Source of the DNA: Squalus acanthias | Lineage: Eukaryota | DNA: 64,000 nucleotides | Reading direction: 5' to 3' | Assembly (NCBI GenBank): GCA_030390025.1 | Contig: CM059432.1 | Coordinates: 78,060,001-78,124,000 of the forward strand | Part shown: piece by piece, positions 51,141-64,000 of the stretch | How positions within the stretch are numbered: the first letter of the stretch is position 1 | Layout: each line of letters opens with the position of its first letter | Notes under the pieces: model-generated | Database searches by the model: none | What the model saw: the letters and a program-made list of their open reading frames with translations, nothing else | Told to the model about the DNA's origin: nothing | Made by a program: the position numbers and the translations under genes

Positions 51141-52086
51141 CAGTAGCAGTGGTTATGTTACTGGACTAGTAATCCAGAGTCCTGGACTAATGATCCAGAG
51201 ACGCGAGTTCAAATCCCACCACGGCAGCTGGGGAATTTAAATTCAGTTAATTAAATAAATATGGAATAAAAAGCTAGTATTAGTAATGGTGACAATGAAA
51301 CTATCGGATAGTTGTAAAAACCCACAAATCTGGTTCACTAATGTCCTTTAGGGAAGAAATTCTGACATCCTTATCTGGTCTGGCCTATATGTGACTCCAC
51401 AGCAATGTGGACTTTTAACTACCCTCTGAAATGGCCTAACAAGCCACTCAGTTGTAAAAAACCGCTACGAAAAACAATAAGAAGTAATTGTGGAGACAAA
51501 GTCCTGTCTTCACACTGAGGACACCCTCCATCGTGTTATGTGGCACTACCACCGTGCTAAATGGGATAGATTCAGAACAGATCTAGCAGCTCAAAACTGG
51601 GTATCCATGAGGCGCTGTGGGCCATCAGCAGAATTGTATTCCACCACAATCTGTAACCTCATGGCCCGGCATATCCCTCATTCTACCATTACCATCAAGC
51701 CAGGGGACCAACCCTGGTTCAATAAGGAGTGTAGAAGAGCATGCCAGGAGCAGAACCCGGCATACCTAAAATTGCAGTGCCATCCTGTGGAAGCTGCAAC
51801 ACAGGACTACATGCATGCTAAAAAGTGGAAGCACCATGATATAGACAGAGCTAAGCAATCCCACAATCAATGGATCAGATCAAAGCTCTGCAGTCCTGCC
51901 ACATCCAGTCGTGGACCATTAAACAACTAACGGGAGGAGGAGGCTCCATGAATATCCCCATCCTTAATGATGGTGGAGCCCAGTACGTGAGTGCAAAAGA
52001 CAAAGCTGAAGCGTTTGCAACCACCTTCAGCCTGAAGTGCTGAGTGGATGATCCATATCAGCCTCCTCCCAAGGTCCCCACCATCA
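51141..52086 (+). mobile_element. tRNA-like head and SINE-like body joined directly to a LINE ORF2 linker region
   Basis: B box gttcaaatcc at 51207-51216 and body to about 51470; then ORF 51490..51930 (WHYHRAKWD..PWFNKECRRA) and IPILND..KAEAF. Confidence 0.75.
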
Positions 52087-52420
52087 GATTGTGTTTCGCG
52101 ATCCCCGCGCCCATTTCAGGCCCAATCCAATTTCACCCCCTTTCTCTTTTGTTCCAGATCCATTCACCTCTTTCCACAATCTCCATCCACTCGGCTTTAA
52201 CTTCGGTTTTGACAGGAGAGTGACATTCCCACTCAAACAAGGTCCCCTTTCAACTGCACCTCCTGCAGCAGGACCACTATCTCATGAAAAGGTGGAGTTT
52301 TCCCACATGCCTGCATTATTCATACCAGAAAGCAGTTTGTTTGGTCAAACAAAAAAAGTGCTTTTTGTAATGGCAAGAAGCAATCCTTTAAGTGCTGCTC
52401 CCTTGCCAGATTTCCTGCCC

Positions 52421-53215
52421 AACAACAACAATTTATAAAGCGCCTTTAACGTAGTAAAACGTCCCAAGGCGCTGCACAGGAGTATTTTAAGACAAAAAAA
52501 TTGACACCGATCCACATAAGGATAAATTAGGGAAGGTGACCAAAAGCTTGGTCAAAGAGGTAGGTTTTAAGGAGCATCTTAAAGGAGGAAAGAGAGGTAT
52601 TGAGGCAGACAGGTTTAGGCAGGGAATTCGAGAGCTTAGGGCCTAGGCAACAGAAGGCACGGCCACCAAAGTTTGAGCGATTAATCAGGGATGCTCAAGA
52701 GGGCAGAATTAGAGGAGTACAGATATCTGAAGGGGCTGAAGGAGATTATAGAGATAGGAAGGGGCGAGGCCATGGAGGGATTTGGAAACAAGGATGAGAA
52801 TTTTGAAATCGAGGCACTGCTTAACCAGGAGCCAATGTAGGTCAGCGAGCACAGGGGTGATGGGCGAACGGGACTTGGTGCGAGTTAGGACACGGGGAGC
52901 CGAGTTTTGGATGACCTCAAGTTTACGTAGGGTGGAATGTGGGAGGCCAGCCAGGAGAGTGTTTGAATAGTCAAGTCTAGAGGTAACAAAGGCATGGGTG
53001 AGGGTTTCAGCAGCGGATGAGCTGAGGCAGGGGCGGAGACGGGCGATGTTATGGAGATGGAAGTAGGCGGTCTTAGTTATGCTGTGGATGTGTGGTCGGA
53101 AGCTCATTTCAGGGTCAAATATAACACCAAGGTTGCGAACAGTGTGGTCCAGCCTCAGACAGATGTTAGGGAGAGGGATGGAGTCAGTGGCTAGGGATTG
53201 GAGTTTGTGGCGGGG
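52421..53215 (-). mobile_element. L2 LINE 3' fragment with microsatellite tail
   Basis: ORF 52709..53224 contains VRNLGVIFD, HAFVTSRLDYSN, QNSA and LHWL; (aac)n tail at 52421. Confidence 0.92.
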
Positions 53216-53673
53216 ACCAGCCAATCATGCTGCTGGTCAGGTTCCTGTCTCCATTTTTCATGCACAAGGCAGCTATTAAAATTAGGGGCAGGGGGGGCTA
53301 CCTTTCCAAAATTTAGTGAGGACAGCCCTCCATGCTACCATCCCAAGCTTTCTCAACTGTGGGTAACGGCAATCCCATTTCTGCCTGCATTGCAAATATG
53401 TATTGTTTATAGCTCCTGTATAATAATAATAAACAGAAATGATAAATGCTTTCTCTATAACATGTCCCAAGATATACAGTTCCTAAAAATGTTTGCCAAT
53501 GTTTTTCTCATTTGTTAGCAACTCCATCACTTGATGTAAATTATTTTCAACTACAACATCGCATTTTTTGCACATGACATCACAACAGTGCTTAATGGCA
53601 TTTCTCCCTCTCTAAACAAGAAGGGATTTGCTAAACATATTTTTGTTCTGAGGCAGTGTCCTTTACAGAGATA

Positions 53674-54225
53674 GGGCCTGAAGATCCCTCTGCCCATGTA
53701 AGTGCTGAGGAGCTGCACCGCTAACCTCTGCTACTGACCCATCAGTTTCTGGGGTCAGAGCAGGATCAGTTCATTTGTATGTCTTTGGCGTTCACCCGCG
53801 CCAGTATGAACACATCTTGGGAGCTCACTAGATTGGGGAGGGTGGGAAATGTAGAGACCACTGCCAGGCCCCCTCAAACGTGCAGGCTCTCCAGCTGATT
53901 GGACCTCCTTTAAAGGTGGCCAATCAAAACATTTCCGGGAAGCATTTTGGAGTTACTCCGGCCCATGACTGTAGCCTGGAGATCCAGTGGGCCACACTCC
54001 CATCCAAACAGTGCCCCGTATGTCGAGTACTACCCAGTGTCCAGATTGCTGGGTGAATGGAGACATGAATTGAGGAATTTCTAGCCCCCAGTGTCACGTC
54101 TTCTGATGTCACAGACCATGGTTGGGGCACCCACCCAGGTCCTACCCAAATTTCCACTCCCACCAGGTCAGTGGCACCTGACTTACGTCCCCACTATTCC
54201 AAAGGTCTGAGTATATTTCAGACCC
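53674..54225. mobile_element. Probable Harbinger-type MITE (552 bp)
   Basis: Ends gggcctgaa / ttcagaccc (8/9), flanked by ATA on both sides. Confidence 0.55.
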
Positions 54226-54418
54226 ATAGTGTACTCTTTCCAAAGTTGCCACTCATGTATTGGTCATCCTCATGCCAAAGCTCTAAACTTTGATGAGCCT
54301 TTTGATCCGTGATGAAATAATGGCTAAAGTGATGAATCATTATGATTGAGTAGTAAGAAATAATAAACAACCAATTAGTCCAGACCTTTTGTTACTAGAC
54401 TGGTCGAGTATACCTGAC

Positions 54419-54590
54419 CAATGTTCCCTCTCAGTTGTCTGTTATACGCGGCCTGTTTATTTCAATGTGCGGTCCCTTTAAATTTCTGTGTATACGCGGT
54501 ATTTCAAATGGAAAAGCTTGTGCGTGGCCTGCGCGGTACCTTGCAGATTGCTGCGCGGCCATGCACGTGCGCAACTTAGAGGGAGCATTG
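54419..54590. mobile_element. hAT-type MITE (172 bp)
   Basis: TIRs caatgttccctctcagttg / caacttagagggagcattg (17/19); 8-bp TSD tacctgac/cacctgac (7/8). Confidence 0.88.
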
Positions 54591-55749
54591 CACCTGACCC
54601 TAGATAAATGTTTTAACACCGACACTACAATGGCATTTTTTAACCAGTTAACGTAGCACCTTTTGCTTAAATGATTGCCATGTATAGTTGTGCCTTACAG
54701 ACAGAAGGGCATTTATTTAATCTGGTAATCAAGTTTGGGGATAGAGAGTGTAGGCTTGAGGATACAAGCTCTGTGGGGCTAATGTCATTGTGCTGAAAAT
54801 GATAAACTACATGTTCTCTTTCTTCTCACCTCTGGGATGATGGTGCCTCTTTAAAGACGTAGTATATTCATGTCTTGCAACATGCTTTACCACATTAGAA
54901 CATATTTATGTATAAGTGGAAACATCAGTTTCTGATTTTTTTTAAAAAACGTGTTGAAAACCAAGTTTTTTTTTAAAGCTACTTTAACATGCTCTTGTCG
55001 AATTAAATAAATTACATGTAGAAGTAGGCAACTACCCTCTGCCCGGCCTGCCCACATTCTACCCTTTTCTTCTTTCCTCTGGTTTAAGGTTCCCTTGGCA
55101 CCTGGAAGCTTTGCATTCTCTCACTCAAGTGCTGATTCTTCATGTGTGAGTCTGAACACTCGGTGACAACAAACTATCTCGGACGTCACAAAGAACCTGA
55201 TTCTATCCTCATCTGATATCTAAAAAAAACCCAGAAAAATGGTGCAGAAGTGGACAGAAAAGTATTCATTGAATCTTCTTACGTGTCCCTTTAGACTTAA
55301 CTCCATGTACAGCTCAGTGCCTAGCAACCCTGGATGCCCATTATACATGGGTGTGAAGAGCACTGTGTGTAATGCACACTGGCAATGCACCTTGAAATGT
55401 CACCACCCAACCTTTCATTTTATTATCTTGTGGTGCAAAAACATCCTGCTAGCAATCTTCTCAGACTAGGTAATGTGTAGAGCATAGAATCAGCAGAGAT
55501 CCAGCAGAATCTGCCAAACATCCTGCTCCATTACAGCCCATAAATGAGTACACACAGTGCCTAACAGAATGAAAATCACCTCTGGTGAATTCTACACTTC
55601 ACTATATTTTGGGGTGGGACTTGTTTCTGTCGGGTCTCTGCCCCGTGATAGCTACGCTGGTGTTTCCATTTGAGTCAATGTGTGCTCCGACGCTGACCTT
55701 GCCTTTAACAGCCTGTGGGCTGGTGAGGCCACCAGAATATTCCCCTCCA

Positions 55750-56880
55750 ACCCCAGTAAGAGATTCAGTTGTTGTCCTGTGAGATGGCAGCTTCAAGCAG
55801 GTTGACTCCAAATGTCACCGTCGTACTGGGTTTTTGATCGGTTTGTCCACCGATTAGCAGGAAATCTTGACTAATGGCAGCTATCAGACCCTGAAAGCCC
55901 TGATAGACAGGAGCCTTCACCCCAGTCCCAAGTGCCTGAAGATTAATACACAGGGTTCTACCTAGCCTGTCTCCCACAGCCATCAGGGCTGCGGTATGTG
56001 CTTCCACTGAGAACAAGGTACTTACTGGTCCTGGCCACTTTTGAGGTGGAGGACTGTCGCAGATTACAAAGGCTTCATCATCATCACTATCATCAGCATT
56101 ATCATAGTCCACCAAGAAAATATTCCTCTTCCTCATCATCCTCTACCCTCTGTTGCTGTGATACATCTGCAGGAAAGGAGAGAATAAGCGAAGATAGGAT
56201 GAGTATAACACCCTTGAGGTTAAGGAGACATTGAAGGGTGAGGAAGCTTCTGGCTGTCCCTATCTTCACAGGTATGCCATGCGATTGGCTAGGTCTGCAG
56301 CCTCTAACCTGCTGCCTGCACTGTCCCACCGATCTCACCATCCCTCATGGCTAGAGCAGAGAGACTCCCCAGTATCTCTACAGCCTACTCCTTGTAGAGG
56401 TAGCATCAGACAGCTGATGTTATAGGTTAACACCCTGTTAAAGTAGAGGGAAGGGGATTTAAGGTTCTGTATGCAAGTAATTCCTATTAGGGGAGTAGGC
56501 AACACATATTGTAAGATCAGTGCAGTGTGAAGGCTAACTTGTGCAACTATTGATTTTAGAGGGTAAACTGTGGGCAGAGAAGGGACAGTGGCATGTTTGA
56601 GACCTTGCCAGTTCATTAACTTTTTCTGGCATTGCTGTGCAGTTTGGGGGTGAAAAAGGTGGCACTCAGAGCTACTGCCACTTCACTCCACATAGCAGAA
56701 AGATTTTTCTCAGGCTTCCTCCCATAGGCACCCAGCAGTCTATTCCTCAATTTTGCTGCATTTTCACCAGGAGTGTCTGTAGATTGGCTTCATTAAAATT
56801 TTGGGCTCGTCTTTTCTGCCTCCTTCTAATGCCCTGCTCCCTTCTTTGGATGCTTCTGCCTGTTCCTCCACATGTAGGCA
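55750..56880 (-). pseudogene. Possible very old Myb/SANT-like (Harbinger) gene relic
   Basis: The minus strand at about 56820-56760 reads RKRRAQNFNEANLQTLLVK; acceptor tttcctgcag at about 56168 precedes an acidic exon. Confidence 0.4.
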
Positions 56881-57749
56881 TTCTTTAAAAAAGTGCTAAT
56901 TTTTTTTTTAAACCGTAGCTGCCGATTACAGCTACCTACCAATCAGCTGAATCTGGACAAGGAGATCATATTGCAGCTGATGAAGGGCATGATGCAGACT
57001 TGCACTAAGATTGATCAATTCCTGCTGATAATCTAATAAATGCAGAAGTTCCTTCAAAAAAGGAGAATTCCTTCCTGGCTCTGCTTAAATCGACAAAGAA
57101 AGACTAGGGTGCTGAAAATCTGTGGTCGTTGTAGTGTAGTCACGTTAACTTTGCAGGGATCTGCTGGAATGACCAGAAACTAAGCCAGGACCCAGATAGG
57201 CTGGTGAACATGACTTCAAGTGGAGGAGCAGGCAGAAGTGCAGACCTGTTGAGGGTGGACACTCCGCTCACCCCAAACATGGCCATCTTTGTAAGGGTAG
57301 CGGGGTCAAGGTAGGGACACCAAACTCTAGCATTGCTGCGCCCGGGTCTGCTGTGGGACCCATTGAATAGTGAGACCAGGTGCATCTCACTGACACAGGC
57401 AGAAGTGGGGACCCCTGAAAAGGATCCAATCTTACCATGACCTCCTTGCCAAGGGCCTGCTGGGGCACCATAAAGTTGTTGCCAGTACACCACCCCCCCC
57501 CCACCCCCAAAACACTTGATGGGCACCCTTCTCCAGTTTGAGTTTCCCACTATGACGAGCACCTGCTATTGGCACACAAATAAGGGAACCTCTCCCTGAA
57601 CCTAGAAAGTCCATTAGGATCCTCTGTGTCATTGCCAAAGGTGTGTCGAATCGTGCATTTTTAGGTCCCATCATTTTATTGTACTTTGCCTAACTTTTAC
57701 ATTATCTACCTCTGAATGTGCACTATTTACTTTGGAACAGAAATGAGCT

Positions 57750-57998
57750 AAGGGCCAGATAATCTGTTTGTGATGTTGGTTGAGGGGTAAATATTGACAG
57801 AACGCCTGGTCTTCTTCAAAATACAGTAGTGCCATGGGATCTTTTATGTCCACCCTGAGGGGACAGATGGGGCCTCGGTTTAACGTCTTGTCTGAAAGAC
57901 AGCACCTTCAGCTGTGTAGCACTCTCTCTGTGCTGCACTGAAGTGTCAGCCTGGATTTGGTGCTCAAGTCTCTGGAGTGGGAGTTGAACCCACAACCT
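57750..57998 (-). mobile_element. DeuSINE fragment
   Basis: Reverse complement of the core and B box of 36797-37267. Confidence 0.8.
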
Positions 57999-60859
57999 TA
58001 TATTTGATAGAAGTGTTAAAAATTATGAGGGGATAGGACAAAGTAGATAGAACAGATTGAAGCAGGACTGAAATCCAAATAGGAAAAGCAGGCAGAGTGG
58101 AACAGAATCCAGCAATCTGCAGAGAGCAGGCAGACACAGTGGTGTAGATTTGATATGGCAACCCTATGGGAAGAGTGTTCAGAATGAACTGCAGCAGGAA
58201 CTGACTCTGTCTGGTACCCTCCTTAATATGACTGTACTGTCCCTTAAAATAAAATGTTAATGAATGATATTTATTCTCACATCTCAATCAGAATATTGAT
58301 ACATGTCATAAATCAATGTGAAAACTTCAAGTCAGATCCACCAATTTGTTAACAGACAATGTAGCAGAGCCACTTTGAGCCAGCAGATGGTGCTGTGTGA
58401 AAACAGGCATTGATTGCAATCTTCTTTAAATCTGTCGCTTCCCTTTCTTGGCCGATTTATGCTTTTCTGATTTATCTAGGATTTCAGTTGTTGTCTATGT
58501 TTTCCTATATTGATATCAATGATCACTTGTTTTTCTTTTTCTTTCTCTCTCATCATTTCTAGAATCAGTAACTCATGGTCCCAGAGGTGCGAGCAGCTGT
58601 TTGGTACTTCAGCCCAGTGGCTACTCGAAGTGTGGGCCCAAACAGTGAGTGGCAGCAAGTTATTTAACTATAGGGCAACACAGCCAAGCCTGATCCTGTT
58701 TTCAGGTGACATTCATACATGCAATTTCCCACAGGGGTGACTAGAGTGGCCAGGAATGGGGGATCATGGCTGTTAGACCTTTTTGCAGCTCAAGCACACA
58801 AGTGCCAATTGTAGAGCTCCTAATATTGCCCAAAATTAAATTAAGTCACACACAGACAGACCAGGAATCAAACCCAAGACGCTTTGAAATTGAAATTTCT
58901 CTACGTGTGACTTTTAGCACAACAATTAATGCATTGTGTGTCAAACTCATTCAGCAACCCATTTAATGTAGTACAGAGTATATTGAACCCCTTAGTTGAA
59001 CTGACTGGTGCACTTTTTCTTTTACACATAGCATTAAGTTCAACATATTTTAAAATTAATCCAGTTCTGGAAGCAATTTAACTTCTGATATGGTATCCAA
59101 TCATAAAGTTACATAAAATTTATATAATGCGGTATTAAAGCTACATAAGGGACAAATGTCCCGAGTACTTGGTGGCAACAGAGAACTTCGTCCCCTGGCA
59201 GCACATAGCAGAAAAAGCACAGGCACATTTCTGGCAAGAGAGATTCCTGGCCGCCAGCATGTACTCAGAAAATCACCCCCAAAGTATCACCTTAATTAGC
59301 TAGACTATTGAAAAACCTGGTTTCCAGTTGGGAGGGGGGGGGGGGGCTAGGTGAAAATGCCAGAAGAACAGTACTGGTTTACTTTGAAGACTAGATCAAC
59401 AGGGTAGATATTGTTACAAGCTTTATTTTTGTGTGTCATGTAGACACATTGCAAGAATGCTAACTGGAAAAAAATTAATTCCCTATGTTCTGTCTCCTTA
59501 TATATCCTGCCATTTAACAGCCAGTTGATGGGAAGTAATTCAGGAAATAACCACCAGTGCTGCATCATAAACAACACAAAATAAGTAGCCTTTTGATCAG
59601 CACTGCATGTAGATTTTCAGCATTTACAAAAGACTGCACACGTTTCAGATACTAGCTTGACCAACCCAATAAATGTGCTGCTATTTCTCTCAGGGAGAAA
59701 GTCACCATGGATTTACATCAAAATAGTTCACACGAATTCAATTTGAATCCCATTACTTTGTGGTTGGCTTTCAAATCAGCCTTAGGAGATGGGCCTTATT
59801 GTTGTAGTCCAATATTACTAACTTTTTGAGTGCTACAATCCCAAACAATCTTGCTCGAAGGACACTCTCAAGAATACTACAGCACAGACAGATGAGACCT
59901 GGGTCTGGTCCTGTGATTTCCCATACATTGAGCTACAATCATGTCAATACAGGCAGTTGCAAAATAGTAAATAGGCACCTTCTCAAAGTAATATTCATGA
60001 ACATATTTAGAATTGATAATGAAGTTAATGCAGAGTCCGTGTGAGAAATCACACTGCCAGTTTGGAACCTTTACCAAAATGTCAATGCTTTGCTTAGTAC
60101 ATGGCAAACATAGGAGTTCTGAAACTCATGAAATTGTTGCCGCTGTCTGTACAATCACTGCTGGCATAAGCAATTACCCCGACAACATTTTCCAGGTTAA
60201 TGTCCATCTTGATGTTGGCAGTGCTTTCTGGAAAATTTCAGATGATTTTTAAAGCCTCTTTGAAATAATGGACTAAACACTGGCTTTACACAGTGTTTAT
60301 TACCACTAGGGAGCCAGGATTAAATTCAGCTCAGGCATGGGTGACAAAACAGATCTCTGTGTAAGTTATATCTGAAAATAAATTATGACTGACAAGCTCT
60401 CTCTAATCCCCAGTGGACATGGGTCCACAGCATAAAACTTATGCTAAATTGACATTCTTGGCTGAAGGCCTGTATTGAAAGTGTGGAAAGTAAAATGTCA
60501 CAGCAGTTGGAAGAAAGATTGAAGCTACATGCATATGCAGAATGACCTGGAAGCAGTTAAGTTTTAATCAGCAGTTCCTCACTTTTCAAACTAATTGAGA
60601 CTCCATACTGTGCTTGCCACTACTGAAATTCTGAAATGCAACTCTTTATAACTGTACATTCAAGACAAGTTATTTTCCTACTTTCTTAATACTAGAAAAA
60701 AAGTAGACAAAGAGATGCACATTTTGTAGTCCTCAACATACATTTGAACCCTGTACATCTGTGTCTGTAGGGCAACATAATGTAGGAGTTGCTATCCTTT
60801 GCACTGCAATGAAAAGTCTACTTTTACTAAGATTGTTTACGACAATAACTTGCATTTAT

Positions 60860-61727
60860 CTCTCTTAGGCAGTCCCTTGGAACCGAGGATGACTTGCTTC
60901 CACATTAAAAATGAGTTCGCAGGTGACTGAGGAGTCCAATGCAGGACCTACAGTCTCTGTCACAGCTGGGGCAGACGGTGGTTGAAGGGGCGGGTGGGTG
61001 GGGTGCTTGGGTTGACATGCGCTCCTTGCGCTGCCTGCGCTTGGCTTCTGCTTGCTCCCGGCGAAGAGACTCTAGGTGTTTGGCGCCTTCCCGGATGCTT
61101 CTCCTCCACTTTGTGTGGTCTTGGGCCAGGGATTCCCAGGTGTCGGTGGGGATGTTGCACTTTTTCCAAGGAGGCTTTGAGGGTGTCCTTGAAACGTTTC
61201 CTCTGCCCACCTGGGGCTCTCTTGCCGTGCCGGAGCTCCGAGTAGAGCGCTTGTTTTGGGAGTCTCGTATTGGGCATGCGGACAATATGACCCGTCCATC
61301 GGAGCTGATCGAGCGTGGTCAAAGCTTCGATGCTGGGGATGTTGGCCTGAGCAAGAACACTGACGTTGGTGCGCCTATCCTGCCAATGGATTTGCAGGAT
61401 CTTGCGGAGGCAGCGTTGGTGGTACCTCTCCAGTGCTTTGAGGTGCCTGCTGTACATGGTCCATGTCTCTGAGGCATACAGCAGGGCGGGTATCACTGCT
61501 GCTCTGTAGACCATGAGCTTAGTGCCGGGTTTGAGGTCCTGGTCTTCAAACACTCTCTTCCTCAGTCGACCGAAGGCTGCACTGACACACTGAAGGCGGT
61601 GTTGGACTTCGTCGTCGACGTCTGCCCTTGTTGACAGTAGGCTTCCGAGGTATGGAAAGTGGTCCACGTTGTCCAAGGCCTTGTCGTGGATTTTGATAAT
61701 CGGGGGGCAGTACTGTGTGGCGGGGGC
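60860..61727 (-). mobile_element. RTE-clade LINE 3' fragment inserted in an old L2 tail
   Basis: ORF 60960..61676 contains VDHFPYLGS, LLYASETWT, QLRWTGHIVRM..RLPK and GGQRKRFKD; C-terminal C2H2-like CPSC..HLRTH; TTTAT flanks both sides. Confidence 0.9.
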
Positions 61728-63069
61728 ACCTTTATTACACTTTTAACGTAACATCCCAAGACATTACACAAAAGCATAACCAGAAATAAATGGCTGCTGA
61801 GCCAAAGAAGGAGAGATGAAGAGGGGCACCCAAAAGCTCGGCAGTGGGGAGGTAGATGGGCATAGGCAGTGAATTCCAGAATATGAGGTAAGCGGATGAA
61901 AGCACTGCTGCCAATGGAGGGCCGAAGGGAGGAAGGAATGCACAAAAGGCCAGTTTACTTTTGCTGATAGCCTTCATTGTAATATGGCACATGCATGAAA
62001 AGTCTATTTCACCGTGTGTTCCAATACACTTTGTAAGACATAGATTTGTGTCATGGTTCAACAAATATCAAGTCCCTCATCGTGACAGGATCATGATGCA
62101 GAAGCACCAAGCAGAACCCAAGTTTCCCCACATGGAGGGAGGGAAAATTAGTGCTCTTAGAACCACGCTGATATTTCCCAGCATGTTCCTTCTTCAAAAG
62201 GAAGCCAATCTAATGAAAGAATATATGCAATGACAGCACGAAGATGGGGCAGGGAAGATCAGGAGAATTTAATCCGTTTTCCATCAATTCTCCACTAACT
62301 TCTGTTTAAAACATTAGAAACTTATGAGATCAGTAAAAAAACAGAAAAATAAAGAAGATTGGCCTAAATTTAAAAAAAAATCCTTCCTAGAAATTATTTT
62401 TTTTACCTCAAATGTAACAAAACATTGTGCACTGTTTTAAGATAACACTCTCATTTGGTATATGCTATGGGTGTACAACATACCAACTATCAGCAACTAA
62501 TCAAAAGCTAATATTTTAATAACAACATTTGTATGTGACAATATGCTGAACAGTTTGAGTTACTTAAAAGTACTTGATTTCAACTGCTCATCCATTTTCA
62601 ACAGGAGACATCAGCCTAAAAATTCCTTTAGGCCGATCTTAATGGGATAAACAGATGCAAAAAAAAATCCCTGTGCCTGAAGATGGAGGCCTGAGGAGCG
62701 CGCAAGAAATTGGTCTTCAGGCCGTATCTAAATATTATGGGGCAACTGCTGGTGCCCATCGTGTCACCACAATCAGCTCGCCAGACAGAACCATTCAATT
62801 TCAGGCCACCTGCCTTGCCAGCAGCAACCTTCAGGTAGATCCCGGGTTTGGGGGGAGGGGGGAGAAACATGAGGCAGTGAGCCGATTGCAGCCGGCAGCG
62901 GCCTGTGGAAGTACTCCTACACCTCCAGGCTCCACAGAATTTAAAAAAAAATTCACTTACCTTTTCAGTGGCGTCTGCTGGCTAGGCCACAGCCGCATAG
63001 CCTAAGTGGCACAGGCTCAAGGCCCACTCCTCTAAGTGGTCATGATGCGGAGATGCCGGTGTTGGACTG

Positions 63070-63166
63070 GGGTGGACAAAAATGAGAAGTCGCACAACAC
63101 CAGGTTATAGTCCAACAGCTTTATTTGAAATCACAAGCTTTCGGAGCTGCTGACGAAGGAGCAGCA
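63070..63166. mobile_element. Penelope-like terminal-repeat remnant
   Basis: caacaccaggttatagtccaacag..aagctttcggagc followed by ctgacgaaggagc, which are hammerhead-core-like half motifs. Confidence 0.5.
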
Positions 63167-64000
63167 GCAGCATAAGCAGAGTGGTGGTCTCTGTGACCAG
63201 GAAGAGGAGAAGGAGAAGGAGACCAGACAGCAGACCACCACCAACAACCACAACTACAACTGAGGTGCCTGGAGAGAGAGGACAGGAGAGGAGAAAGAAA
63301 AGAAAGAAGGGAAGGCCAAGGCCATCAACACCAGAGGAGAGGCCTTTCCATCACTGCCTCCTCAATTGGCCTCCATTTTAGGAGAGGGAGAGAGGGGAGA
63401 AAACATCACAACAACCATCAACTGTTTGGAAGGAGGGAGGAAGGAAAGAACATCAGCTACAGGTGGGTGTGATTCTGGTGCACTCTCCCAGAGACTTTGT
63501 TTTGTAGGTGGGGGGGAGGAAAGAAGAAAAGAAGAGGGCCGGAACATCCAAGGGGTGAATCTTTTATTCAAACCAATAATACAAATTACATAGTAAAACC
63601 ATTACATTCATCCATCAAAATACAGTACAAATACCCCCAAACAATACCACACTTTTTTTTTATATTAAAATAATACATCTCACTTAACTCCACATAAAAC
63701 AACCCATTTCAACACCACAGTGTACAAACACATAGCACCATCACAATCCAACTAAATGCCACATATAACATCCACTCCAGTAACCCAAGAAACCTGTTCC
63801 GCGCCAGTCCCACTGGCACCGCCCACCCGACCATCCACTCAATTGTTCTCCGTGCTGGGCCTCCCGCCCAGGCCACTCTCCTCCGGGTCTTCCACCTTGG
63901 GCCTTCTGTACCGGACCCTCCGCACCGGCATTCCCCGCGAGCAGCCGGGGTGAATCAACCGCATCTCCCGACTCCACCTCTGCCGACCAGCCGCCCCGCC

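Noticed and set aside
59149..59280. Possible small MITE
   Set aside because: The inverted ends are too degenerate and there is no matching TSD.

Overview
Eukaryotic (vertebrate) genomic DNA, most likely from a cartilaginous fish. That assignment is an inference from the Deu-domain SacSINE1-like SINEs and the esterase-ORF1 CR1 LINEs. I recognise no host protein-coding gene, rRNA, true tRNA or CRISPR array; the window is a dense, nested transposable-element landscape. It contains many CR1 LINE fragments, L2, RTE and Penelope fragments, DeuSINEs and several MITEs. The best-preserved elements are a young Gypsy/Ty3 LTR retrotransposon (12227-16520), a full-length pogo/Tigger element (44044-46404) and a complete two-gene PIF/Harbinger transposon (31754-35803; DDE nuclease plus intron-containing Myb/SANT gene). 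A second Harbinger, deletion derivatives and MITEs of that group are also present. The most interesting signals are: (i) a GTTAAC-centred motif kept about 190 bp from the nuclease-side end in five Harbinger-type elements; (ii) a LINE whose ORF lies directly behind a tRNA-like Pol III head at two loci; (iii) a multi-layer nested insertion stack at 11.4-20.3 kb. Boundaries of degenerate fragments are approximate, and identities were judged by eye.
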